From the NCBI RefSeq assembly GCF_009914755.1, contig NC_060943.1: a stretch of DNA of 64,000 nt; one strand, written 5' to 3'. Positions within the stretch are counted from its first letter, which is position 1. Each line of letters begins with the position of its first letter. Source of the stretch: the human T2T-CHM13v2.0 reference genome, Homo sapiens. Under the pieces are notes generated by a model that was given only the letters and a program-made list of their open reading frames with translations, made no database searches and was not told the DNA's origin. This document shows, piece by piece, positions 1-38,447 of the stretch. The translations under genes were made by a program, and so were the position numbers.

Positions 1-915
1 AGGTGAACCTGGCCCTTCCACAGGCACTGAGCCCTCCAAGTGACACTCTCTCACACACACACATCCCCAACATTAATCAGAGACCCCTACCAAAGTAGAC
101 TTCTAGGACCCCAGGGCCACCACAGCATTGCCCATGGGGGGGCCCAGATCCTCCTCACCAGCCATGTAGACCTCAGTCCCCTTCACATCATCCCAGGCCC
201 TCTTCATCTTCCAGAAACAGCCACCCATCAGTCCAGGACTCTCATCAGCTCAGGTACCCCCACATTGGCCTAGGTGTTCCACATCAGCCCCCATATAGAC
301 CCCAGACACACCCATGGACCTCTGGTGCCTTCTGCTAAGACCTCCTCTTTACCCTCATCCCTGATAAACTTAGCATCTCCTCCCACAGACCTCAGCCCAG
401 GACCCTGGAGGATGCTGAGGGGCTACAGCCCCCCTCCCTAGAGTCTCCAGGGTGAGCTGCCATGAGCACCTGAGAGAGTATAAGGTCTGAGGCCCCAGGG
501 CAAAGGGATTTCTTGAACCTGTGGAGCTTCAAAATAGGCCCTTTTTTCTTATTCAAAACTACATATATAAAAGTGTGAATACAACATAAGAGAGCATTTT
601 TGCCTGTGGCCTTGGCAGGGAAGACCAAGCTGGTAGTTTCCCAATCAGGGTGCAGGTGGCCGGGTACGCTGACTCGAAGATGGCTGGCTGGGCACAGTCC
701 CCGTGAGTTGCCTTTCTGCCACCCTGCACCTCTCCTTTCTCCTGGATTGTAAAACCAGATGCACGAGAACTGCAGAGTGTATGAAAAATGCAGCAGAGGA
801 TGAAGAGGGAAAAATCCCATGGAATCCCTCCTTTTCACTTGTCATAAGCATTTCCCATATGGTCAAAAATCCTTCCTAAAGATGTCTTGTTTTTTGTTTT
901 TCCATGTTGATGAAG

Positions 916-957
916 GTCACATGGGAGCCCGACACCATTTGGAGGAGATTCAGAGAA
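916..957 (+). other. Candidate small 5'-UTR exon of ZSCAN1
   Basis: T-rich tract then gaag| at 915 and AA|gtatga at 958; inferred from splice signals only. Confidence 0.35.
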
Positions 958-1337
958 GTATGAACAGCACAAAGCACTTGGCCGCCCCCCATGGGCGTCT
1001 TCCCAGGACTCCCTTTCTATGACACTAACGCATCATCCTGCATCCCACGTTCCCTGTGCCTCATGTCATCTGTACATCATGTGTCTACTCCCCATGGTCA
1101 TGTCATAGTGTTGTGTACTGGGCACGGTTGAATACTCCCATCACATGATGGGGGAGGTAGTTGATCCCACCACGTTCAACTGTTGGGCACTTTTGTAGTG
1201 AATCTTGGTGCCTGAATCTCGCATCTTGCACGCAGTCTACCAAGTGTTCTTGATATATAAATGGCCACAGTGCTTTCCAGAAAGGTCGTGCCAATTTATA
1301 TTCTCACCAGCGGATCAGTCCAGAGTACAATTGTTAA

Positions 1338-1794
<457 letters not shown>

Positions 1795-1815
1795 TAATTT
1801 TTGTATTTTTAGTAG

Positions 1816-2031
<216 letters not shown>

Positions 2032-2781
2032 TAGGAAAGTCAGGAAGACAGCAAAGATAACACCATGGGTAGACCTGCTGCTGGTGGTGGTGTCATCCAT
2101 TATTATGTAGCCCACCTGGCTGCTTCCATTTAAATGGAATTTAAATTTAAAATTCAGTTCCTATTTCAGGTGCTCCTAGCCACACGTAGGTGGTTGCATG
2201 GGTAGAGAATCTTTACATCCCTGTAGGAACTTCATTGGGCAGTGCTGGCCACACCACGGGGCAGGCATTCTTGTTCCCGCAGCTCGTCAGTCAATGTGTG
2301 TTGAATGACTAAATGAGAGGGAGATAGACACTAAGTGAGGGGAAAAGTTGTGTTCAGAAAGTCATGGAGGTTATGAAGACAGTGCCATAAGGATGATGGC
2401 CAGGACATCTGCGAGGGGAGGAGCTGGGGTGGGAAGGGGAGGGGCTGGGGTGGGATGGCAGGTGCAAAGGTCCTGGGGCAGCCAGTGGCTTGAACTCAGT
2501 GCAAAGTAGCCTGTGAGAGGCATGTGGAAGATTAGGTCAGAAGGTGGGAAGAGGTCAGGTTGGTTCCTTGGGGTGCTGGAGGTCAGAACAAGGAAGTAAG
2601 GAGCCGAGGGGCATCCTGAGTACAGAGGGCCACCATCTGATGTGACCCCTCTGTCCCTGCCCCTCTCTGCAGGCCCCTGATTGCTGATTCTGTCCGCCTG
2701 CCACACCGGCTCTGTCCGGAGCCACTGGGACTCGGGATCCAGTCCACACACACCCCTCAGAGGGGCACTGTGGCCAGAGAA

Positions 2782-18997
<16,216 letters not shown>

Positions 18998-19553
18998 ATG
19001 GCCAGCCTCGGGCCTCGGCCACCCGGCCCTGAGTCCCTGGGGGGAGCTGATGGGCCCCAGAAGATGGGGGACATCCCCCAGCCCCACCAACCCCTGGCCA
19101 CCTTGGGACTCCTCTTGAAGGACACAAGCTGTTTCTCGGAAGACCCTGGACACCTGCTCCGAAGCCAAGCACGGGATGGGGCTTCCCAGGGTCTCAGCTG
19201 AGAAGCAGCAGTTCCACAGCACAGCCTGGTCAGTCCTGCGCACTATAGTTTTGCAAGTGGCTTGAAGAGGAGTTTCATTCGCGTCCCATCTTTCAGAAGC
19301 CTTGTCCAGGTCTCCCTGTTAGCACCTGACTCAGCGGCAGCTTCTGCCGCTGGGTTTTCATTTCACTGTGGATATCCCTGAGGCCATGAGGGTGGGAGCC
19401 GGCCTGGGCAGCTCCAACTCCAGAGAAGGGTACAGCTGACCCCGGCTGCCCTCCTGCCAGCTTAGCCCCCTTGGAACCTAACAGATAAACAGGGTTTTGT
19501 TTTTTTCCTTTTTTGGGTAAAGTACATGCAACATAAAATTTACCATTTCAGTC

Positions 19554-19559
19554 ATTAAA
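19554..19559 (+). terminator. Probable ZSCAN1 poly(A) signal ATTAAA
   Basis: ATTAAA about 560 nt after the stop, inside an L1M-like fragment (about 19510-19730). Confidence 0.55.
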
Positions 19560-19931
19560 AATGAACAGTTCAGTGGCATTAAGCACATTCACAACACTGT
19601 GCAACTACCAGCACTCTCTAGCTCCAAAGATGTTTTCGTCTTGCCCAGAAAGAGAGCCCACAGTCCTCAGCACGCCTTCGCCATTCCTGCCCGCCCTGAC
19701 AACCAGAATCTGCTTCCTGTCTCTGAGGATTTCAGGCGCAGTCTTTAGGCCTGACCAAAACTGACCTGCCTGTATTTTGTTTGACTTACAGAAGGATTTT
19801 TTTTTTAGATAGATGCCAACATTTGTTTAAACCATAAAAATCTGGCTTTCTGGTCTGCCAGGAAGGATCAGATGGTCTCCAAAGAGTGGGCCCGCCTCTC
19901 CTGCTAGGCTGGAGCAGAGTGTGGGCAGGCG

Positions 19932-19941
19932 GTGACGTCAC
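19932..19941. promoter_or_regulatory. Perfect palindromic CRE (GTGACGTCAC) in a CpG-enriched patch about 19900-20400
   Basis: TGACGTCA at 19933-19940 with extended palindrome. Confidence 0.45.
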
Positions 19942-21495
19942 AGCGGGGAGCCAGCCTCGGACTCGGCTTCTCACCCGTCCCCAACTCATTGTTGTCGGAC
20001 ACTCGTCCCCTTTCAAGCAAAAGCCTTAAAAGTTTTTGCCTTTTTCTTTTTCTCCTCCCGACTTCACTTGGAAACACAGTGTTGGGCTGACTGTGAATCC
20101 GCACAGGCAGAGACATTTTTCCAAGTCGCCTTCTAAATCAAAAGCCTTTGGACTTACCCACGTCACATCCGCCTGCTGCTGCTTCTCAACCAAGCTGCCC
20201 CCACTCTCGGCCTCTGTCCCCGATGGCCCTCTCGGGCTGTGCAGGTCCCACGGACCCACCGCTGCCTTCACTTCATCCTCGCTGCCGCGCTTGCCTTCTC
20301 ACGCTTGCCTTCTCGGAGCGCCCCCTAACCGGGCCTCCGGACCTTGCTTCCCGGCTCCCTCAGGCATCCCCAGCTTTTCCCTGCAGTCCCCACTGGGGGC
20401 TCCTGGCTCTATCCTATGCCTTAATTGCTGGTGGGCTCCAGCTCCCCTCCTGGCACCTTCTCTCTCATCCTGCAAAGGAGGAGCTTCTTCTACAGAGCTC
20501 AGGATGGAGGGTGGGGTCTTGGCCCCGCAGTCAGCCCATTACTCTCGGAAGCCCCCCTGAGCCTTCTCTCAGGCGCAGATTGATCGTCTCAGACAACGGG
20601 ATGTGTAGAGATAGCTCTCCCGAGTGCCCCCACTTGTTGGGAGCCAGGGGCTCATTCCATGCTGTTTCCATCTCGGTCTCCACCTGCTGGAGGCACAATC
20701 ACAGCTCAGTTTGTTGGTGCCAGAGTTGCACAAGAAAGTGGGTGCCATTGAACACGAGGCATCAGTCAGGCTCCAGCCTACCTGGGCTGGCCCCAGAGAC
20801 ATCCATCTGGTGTCCCTCAGTTCTCCAATTGAGTTTGTCCAAATAACTCATCTTCCCTTGTGCAAAAACAAAAAACAACAACAAAGAAAACAACGCAAAC
20901 TGCCTCCCCTCTGGGGTTCCCACTCCCCTCAGAGGGACCACCACCTTCCAAGGCCCCACAAGGATTTTTGATTGCCCTGGGAACCCAGCTCCCAATCCCT
21001 CTCAGTTCTCTTTTCTCCTCTGCACCATCAGCCCCAGGCTCTCTCCCCATTTCTTGAATGCCTGCAGCTGCCTCTAAGCAAACTCTGCCTCCAGCCCGTT
21101 CCCTCTGCCCCATCCCCATCCTGCAGCCAACAGGGTCCCTCTAAAATGCAGACACTGAAAAGACAAAGCCCAGCAGGGTAGCTCTATAGTGTCCTTTGTG
21201 GCCCTGCTGCCTCCACAGCCCCCAGCACTGGGATGGTGGAGGCTGGTGTCCTTAACTCACTGTGTCTCCACCTAACTCCACACTGCCTCTCACCCTGGCC
21301 TCCTCCTGTGCCTAGAACAGTCTCCACTGCCATACTTGACCACACCCAGCATACAACAGGTCCTACAGAGTGAAGGGATGAGTGACTCAATGAGTGAGGG
21401 GAAGTCCCTGTGGAGACACCGGGACACCATTGTGGGCTGCAGTTTCCAGCCGGGGAAGCCTCCCTCGACCTCTGAGGGGAGGTGGGCCACCCCTT

Positions 21496-21684
21496 GAGGG
21501 CCACTCTCAATGCGCTCCACCTTGGCTGACGGAAGCAAGGACGTGGCCCAGGATCCTGGAGGGCCACTCTTGTGTGCTCCACCTTGGCTGACAGAAGCAA
21601 GGACGTGGCCCAGGGTCCTGGAGGGCCACTCTCATGTGCTACACCTTGGCTGACAGAAGCAAGGACTTGGCCCAGGGTGCTGGA
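21496..21684. repeat. Tandem repeat, 3 x 62-63 bp
   Basis: Units start at 21496, 21559 and 21621: gagggccactct..ccaccttggctgac(g/a)gaagcaaggacgtggcccagg(a/g)tcctg. Confidence 0.92.
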
Positions 21685-22059
21685 CCAGTTGTGGCAGCTG
21701 CTGCAACTCACGAAAGCCACCACGTGGTGTTCTTCACCTAACTTGCCCAGTCCCAAGCCCCTGCCCGAGCTGCAGTGAGACAGAGCACTAGCCCCTCTCT
21801 TCTCTTTGGGTTCACCCCAGCTGTGGAAGCCCCAGCACCTCAGCACGCCTCCCTTGCCCTGTGCCTTCCTCTGCCAGCACCCCCCAAAGACTCCAACACC
21901 CCCATCACGATGTGCCCCAGTCTCCTGTCCTCCAGCCCTTGTCACAGGAGCTGTGAGCCCAGCCCTGGGCACTTCACGCTCTGGAAGACCGGAGTCTCAG
22001 ACGCCACCTTTCTCCCTGGCAGCCAGGGTCTCTTGGGTCAGAGGAGGCCTGGACACTGC

Positions 22060-23870
22060 CAGGTTTTGAAGCTGTCAAAAAGATTTTTTTTTTAAAGGGA
22101 GAAATATGTCCAGGGAGCTGTAACTGTTACAGTATATTTTAAATGTATGTGTTGAACAGATTAACTTTTTGAACATTAACATACAGCATGACACAGTTCT
22201 GCTATCCATGCTGTGATTGCAGGATTGCTTGGAAGCTGTACTGATGTGCAGCCCACCTGCTCATGGTGGGGGGTCCTGTTCCAGGCCACAGAGAGGCAAC
22301 CAGCAATGCTCTGCTTGGAGATTCGTACAGGAAGCCAAGAAGGAGCTGAGAGGGGCCCAGCCAGTGGTTACAAGAGACAGCAGGAGGTTCAGACCACAGC
22401 AAGGGTGGCACCGGAGTAGCCTCCAGCTCATCTTATTTGACTGGTAGAGTGTTATTAAAGCCTTTGAAATCCCTACCAGCTTTTAAAAATCAAGAGATTT
22501 CACATAGAAATCCTGATCTCTGGGTTCTTTAGAGAAATCCAGACCTGGGACGCTGGGCTTGCCAGTCCGCAGGACCCCACTTGGCTGGAGCCAAGCAGCA
22601 CTTGCCCCTGTAGAAAGAGCCCGCCCCTGCAAAAGCATGTACGGTTTAGAAACCTGGCTGAGAAAAACAGAGGATCAGAAGGTCTGAGGGAGGAAACAGA
22701 GGGGCAAGTTTGAGGGAGCTGGGCAGGGCCGCCTGGCCACCATCAGGGCTGAGCAGGCTCAGTGTGGCACCACTGACAGCTTCTCACCAGGACTATCAGA
22801 CCGCTTGGGAAAAAGACTTCACCATGAGTTGTGTGTTCATACCTTTTGATCCAGTAAAAGGAAACGGTTGGGGGGGGGGTGGGGGGCAAGAGTATACATT
22901 TTGTGAAAGAAAAAATACACAAAAAGATGTTTTGTGGCATTTGGGTTTGTGAGTTCGAGAACTGAAAAACGGCATTTTATGTATAATGGAAAGCCTCTTT
23001 ACTGCTGTAGAGTGAAAAGCAGGCTGGCTTTCAGTGCGACGGTCACAAATGTGGGGCTTTACAGTACTTGGAATGTACAGGACACCCTTAAAAGCCAAGA
23101 AGCTTGCCTTTGCTTTGTTTACATCAGTGCATTATGATTTTGAGCCATTATATCTCTTCATAATTGCCACTGTTTTAGGGCTTATGAAATTTAAAGTCTT
23201 CACTTGTGTGTTAACCAGCCAAATCTTTGCAAGTGTCTGTGTGTGGTACGAGAATTCGTATTGTGTTCTCTGCTGTTTTCAGAGTTGTTTCAGTCAAAGA
23301 AAAAAAAATGCCCGTCTTAAAACTTTTCCTCTGCTTCAAATACAGCTCCCAAGCCCAGGCTGATTGGAATTAATCTGTCCTCCCTTAAAAGGGCAAAAGC
23401 ACAAGGCTCAGCCCTGGCTTTCCCAGCTCCTCTGGTCTCGCTGCTCCACGGACGTGTGACGTACGCTGGTGAAACGAAGCCCGCTTGAATGGGGGCTTCA
23501 CTATTGTGTGCTGCTGAACCTAGGCCTAGCGCCTGGCAGGCTTTGGTGAATGTTCAGAAAATGACAATTCATTTCGTGTCAGCGAGGGCACACCAGCTTT
23601 GAATATTTTGCTGCTGTTCAAATGCACAATTTTGACAATTACCTAGCAATGTCCAAAGTCGTCATAATTGTTAGTGTCTTGCACGTGATGTTCCTTATAA
23701 CCATGTAATAAATACAGTGTGAAGTCTCCATGGCTGCCTCAGTGTGGAAAATGCAAAGACTCCCGTGTGTGCGATCTTGGTGAATGTTTTGGTTGAAAGT
23801 ATGTGTTTTGAAAAAATCATTGCTTTGTTTGCAGCAGTAAAACTGACGGTAGAGTTTCCAACACGAAAGC
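22060..23870. mobile_element. Heavily decayed hAT-superfamily transposase relics
   Basis: Minus strand: GCPVH (CxxH) at 23087-23073, TLDIAR*LSKLC at 23659-23624, GVFAFS nearby. Plus strand: hATC-like KIFFL..TYSMTQF at 22070-22200 and a hAT-like end at 22490-22560. Confidence 0.45.
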
Positions 23871-24169
23871 CCGTGTGGTCGCGCCGGGAGCTCACGGCGT
23901 TCCAAGCGGCACTTATCCCGCGTTGATGCCCAGGCACCCCGCGCGCCCTGTTTCACCAGGCCCAGTCACTCCAGCTCCAGCAGCACTGAGAGCTCACGAA
24001 CGCCAAGGGCGAGAGCGAGGTGGGGGAGGGCGGCCGGAAATGCGCGCGCGGCTCTCTGGGAAATGGAGTTAGGCTCGCGCCGGCGCAGTGTCGGCTGCCG
24101 GTGCCGCGGCCTTTGTCTCGCAGTCAGGAGGGTGAGCTAGGCCGGCGAGTAGGGGGAGGGGAGGCCAGG

Positions 24170-24194
24170 CCGGGCCGGGCCGGGCCGGGCCGGG
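24170..24194 (+). repeat. (CCGGG)5 microsatellite, G-quadruplex-capable
   Basis: ccgggccgggccgggccgggccggg directly seen. Confidence 0.9.
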
Positions 24195-24828
24195 TGCGGG
24201 GGGTCCGGGGATCTTCCTGAGGCCCTGGCGGGGCGAGTTTCCAGCAGCGCGTGTCTGTGTGGAGTCCGTTTTGCTGCCCGGGGCCTGGGGAAGGCCGTTT
24301 CGGGGCTGGCGGGGGCAGGCTTTGCGGGGCATCCCTAGTCTGAGAGGAGGGCGGGGCCCAACGCCCAGCTGGACAGGAGCTGCTCCGACGGCCCCTGAGG
24401 GAACGCGCGCCCCGCCCCTGGCCCCACCTCTGCCCCACACCGGGCACTGGGCCGCCACCTTTGTTGATGGAAGAGAGAAACTGAGGCATAGTGCCCAGGG
24501 CCAGGGGACCGCAACCACCCGGCCCTTGTCACTGTAGCGTTAAGGCTCAGAGTCTGCGCAGCAGATATGTGTCCGCACCCGCCAGGCCTTCAGCTTCCCT
24601 CAGACAGGCGGGAAAACCCTAGGCTGCCCTTCTCCGAGCGGAGGGCCGCCCCACACACAGCAGGCGCTTAAACGGGTACGCGGGGCCCTGGACGGCTCTC
24701 CGCGGAGCTCCCCAGGCTCTGGCGCAGTTCCCCGGCTTGGGGACCTGAGCACCGCCTCTGCCTGCCCCAGCTGCTCACCTCCCCTTTCCCACAGAGCAGG
24801 GCCAGCCGTTCCTGCCAGAAGCCAGGGC

Positions 24829-33260
<8,432 letters not shown>

Positions 33261-34394
33261 ACCCACTCCACATGTGCTGGGGACATAGGAAGACCTTAAG
33301 CCATAGCTCATCCCTTTCTAGATTTGACCCAATCATACACATGAGAAACGTACGTTCATACACAAGCCTTTTCACACAGCACTCCCCTCAGACACCCTCA
33401 GAGAGTTCACACTGATGGGAAATGACCATGGGACCACCAAGCTCTAGGTCATCCATCTCTGCATCCAAATAGTAGGGAAACGTGGAGATAATCAACACTC
33501 AGGACCTTCAGCCTTGAACGCCCATTAGTGCTATGTTATAGAACCTACAAAAAAGAAATGGAACAAATGTAGTGGATCCAGGGAACGCTTTTGTCCAAGG
33601 ATTCACCGTATTCCAAACCAGAGATGTTCAAATTGGTGAGAAACCCAACAAATGCCTTTCATATATACGAGAACCAAATGAAGTCAGAATTTGCCATTAT
33701 TGCACATTACATTTTTGGGGGGGAAAGTGCTTATGAATGGTGCAGGTTGACTCTGATATTCATTCCCAAATGACAGTATGGCAGAGTGTTCCAGAAATGA
33801 GAGTGGCATCTTTATGGAATCACTATGGATACTGACTGTCTCAGTAAACAGCTGTCTTGTCTGTGTGTATATTGTTTGATCAGGGTACATGGCAGCCAGT
33901 CACAGATTGGAATTACATATGACAAAGTATCAGTGTACTATAAACAGGTTTTTAGTTATCCCTGCATTATTTTTGCAATTAATCTTTATATGCAATGAGA
34001 TTGAAAAGCTTTGTATGGGAAGACTCAAAATGTAAAGCTGCTTCCGTAGAGTCTCACTGATTCTGAGATGGCTTTTGCTGCTCTGTTCTCCCTCTACATT
34101 TCTCTGCAGAACTCGCGTTAGAAACACAGATATTTGTTTTACAAAAAGGGAGATTTTTCCTTTGTTAAACCATCGTCTTATAAGCAATAGCAAATTCATG
34201 TTAGAAACTTCTGTTTTGCAAGATTCATCTTTTTTGGGATATGTTCAAGTTAATCCTCTCAAACTGCTTTTTCATTGTTTTCATACAATTTAACATTTTG
34301 TTAAACCCTAAGTCCACAAATAGCAGTCTTTCTGACAACTATAACCTTTAAATGGTGACTTGCTGCCCTCATTAGAAATTGCATTGGCTGGCTA

Positions 34395-34535
<141 letters not shown>

Positions 34536-34771
34536 TCAGAAAAAAAAAAAAAAAAAATTGCATTGGCTGTTTTTGGTTATTAGCTGTTAGTTGTGGTTAC
34601 ATCCATCAATTTGATTTTTCTAATCCCAATGCTGGGATATAAATTTCCAGTTACTTGAAATTTCTCTCTTGGGGAGACCATGTTGCAGATAGTCTTCCAA
34701 TATTGCTTCTCATTATGATTGTGGAGTGCCTCTTGGGATAAATGCCTTTGTCATTTACAAGCCACCGGAGA

Positions 34772-35354
34772 GCCAGGCATGGCTGCACCTGCCTCTAGTC
34801 CCAGCTGCTTGGGAGGTTGAGGCAGGAGGATCACTTGAACCCAGGAGTTCTGGGCTGTAGTGTGCTCTACTGATTGGGTGTCCACACTAAGTTTGGCATC
34901 AATATGATGACCTCCTGGGAGCAGATGACCACCAGCTTGCCTATGTAGGGGTGAACCAGAGCAGGTCAAAACTCCCATGCTGGTAGGGCTCACATCTGTA
35001 ATCCCAGCACTTTGGGAGGCCAAGGTGGGCAGATCACCTGAGGTCAGGAGTTCAGGACCAGCCTGGCCAACATGGTGACACCCCGTCTCTACTGAAATTA
35101 CAAAATTAGCTGGGCACGGTGGTGCATGCTTGTAATCTCAGCAATTTTGGAGGCTGAGGCAGTAGAATCACTTGAGCCTGGGAGGCGGAGGTTACAGTGA
35201 GCCTAGATTGTGCCAATGTACTCCAGCCTATGTGACAAGAGTAAAACTCAACCTCAAAAAAAAAAAAAAAACTCCCATGCTGATCATTAGTGGGATCGTG
35301 CCTATGAATAGCCACTGTGCTCCAGCCTGGGCAACACGGCGAGACACCATCTCT
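34772..35354 (+). pseudogene. 7SL RNA (RN7SL) retropseudogene interrupted by an Alu
   Basis: S-domain sequence (ttctgggctgtagtg..gtgtcc.cactaagtt.ggcatcaatatg.tgacctcc..gagcaggtcaaaactccc.tgctgatca.tagtgggatcg). Outer TSD AAGCCAC(C/T)GGAGA at 34759 and 35364. Inner Alu TSD AAAACTCCCATGCTG at 34968 and 35268. Confidence 0.92.
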
Positions 35355-35779
35355 AAAAAATAAAAGCCACTGGAGAAAGCCAGGGTACACAGTGCATAGC
35401 AGCACTGTCTCATTGAAACAATGCAAGTCATATAAATAACTTTAAATATTCTGGTAGCCCCATTTAAAAAACAAGAAGAGGCCCAGGCACAGTGGCTCAT
35501 GCCTGTAATCCCAGCACTTTGGGAGGCTGAGGTGGGCAGATCAGTTGAGGCCAGCCTGCCCAACATGGCGAAACCATGTCTCTGCTAAAAATACAAAAAT
35601 TAGCTGGGTGCAGTGGCATGCACCTGTAATCCCAGCTACTCGGGAGGCTGAGGCACGAGAATTGCTTGAGCCTGGGAGGCGTCAGTGAGCCAAGATTGCA
35701 CCACTGCACTCTAGCCTGGGTGACAGAGCAAGACTGTCTCAAAAAGAAAGAAAACGCAAGAAGAAACAGGTGAAACTAA

Positions 35780-36064
<285 letters not shown>

Positions 36065-37115
36065 TAGTTTTAGTAGAGATGGGGTTTCTCCATGTTGGTC
36101 AGGCTGGTCTCGAACTCCTGACCTCATGTGATCCGCCCGCCTCGGCCTCCCAGAGTGCTGGGATTACAGGCGTGAGCCACCACTCCCAGCCTAGTGTGCA
36201 TCTTATACTTGCATCACATCTCAGAGTTCACCATAGCGACATTTCAAGTGCCCATTTGACACGTGCAGCTCAACAGTTTGGTCTTTGGTCAGCTGTTTTG
36301 TCCTCCTTCCCTTTACTACCTGTGTCCTCCTGCCTTTCCCTGTGTTCCTATCCTTGTGTAGCATCTTGTGCTCAAGGAAACCAAATGTGCTAGGAAGATC
36401 TGCTGCTTTAGGTAATTGGAATGACAGGTGCCTACTCATTTCAGGCTCCCTAGGATATTATTCTTATCACAGAACATTACATTCAGGAAAGAGATTATGG
36501 CCAGTCTATTCCAGTTCAGTTCAGTAAAAATGGAATCTGGCACATGCACTTTTGCAGTCCTTTGAAAGTGCTAGATTGGCATAATCACCAAGAAACGGTA
36601 ATGTGAGTTCTTTCCTCTCCACTCAGCCCCTCTTCATCAGACCTCCTTCAGCGACACAGGGGAAATACAGCAAGGATTGGGTACTACAGAGAGGTGCCCA
36701 CAGTATCACTTCTCTCCTAAGCCAGGGAAAGAGATGAGATTCCTCTCCCTGATGGTGCCAAGCCAGTGGAAGGGCACTGTGGGGGTTACACCCTCCTGAG
36801 TCTAGAGGACCTTGCTTACTACGCCTCAGTTATTGGCACACAAGTAGAAGATCAAGTGGGAAAACAGGTGAATGCAGGTGAAATAAGAATGAGGGAGAGT
36901 TCTGAGGCTAGTTCAGAAAAGGCCATACAGCGTCTGTCTTTTTTTGCTGGAACACTTGTGCTTGGAGCCCTGAGACACCACTTGAGAAACCCACTGGCCC
37001 AAGGCCACCATGCTGTGAGGATGAAGCCACACAGGCTCTGCTCAGGGTGTCAGTTCACTCCTAGTCTGAATCTCCCCAGCCTCATCAGGCCTGTGACAGA
37101 ACAGTCTTCAGATGA

Positions 37116-37779
<664 letters not shown>

Positions 37780-38447
37780 GTGAGCACAGTTTCTGGGTGT
37801 GCAGCCATGAGACTGAGAGGAAGGTCTGGTTCTTTAGCAAGGAAAGGTTCTGTCTCTTTCTGGATGTAAAGGGAGAAGTATGCTGCCTACCACCTGCAAG
37901 CACAGAGAGGACCATCCTGTACAGAGTCAACTCAGAGAAGACAGCAAAGCCCAAGCTCATCTACAATTCAAGCAGGGGCCCCACCCTGGACCTTGCATCC
38001 TGGTCTTTCACAGCAAATAAATAATAACCTCAGCTGGGCGTGGTGGCTCATGCCTGTAATCCCAGCACTTTGGGAAGCTTGCTCGAACCCAGGAGTTCAA
38101 GACCAGCCTGGGCAACATAGTGAGACCCCATCTATACAACAGATAAAAAATTAGACAGTCATGGTAGCGTGTGCCTGTACTCCCAGCTACGCAGTAGACT
38201 AAGGCAGGACTATCACTTGAACCCAGGTATTTGAGGCTGCAGTGAGGTATGGTTTCACCACTGCACTCCAGACTATGTTTCTAAAAAAAAAAAAGTAAAT
38301 AATATCCTAAAGTGTATACAATTTTGAGTTGGATTTCTGGTGACTGGCAGCCAAAAATGCATCTTGAGTGGAAGAATCGTAGAAAGTAGAGAATTAAGTA
38401 TCCTTTGGCTTCCCATTGTGTTTCTGAAAAAAAGTCAGGAAAGCTGG

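Noticed and set aside
21184-21972. 262-aa minus-strand ORF
   Set aside because: Spans the 62-bp tandem repeat in GC-rich DNA; no domain or splice support.
34772-35354. Functional 7SL gene
   Set aside because: Alu-interrupted, CpG-decayed, helix 8 deletion, flanked by retrotransposition TSDs.
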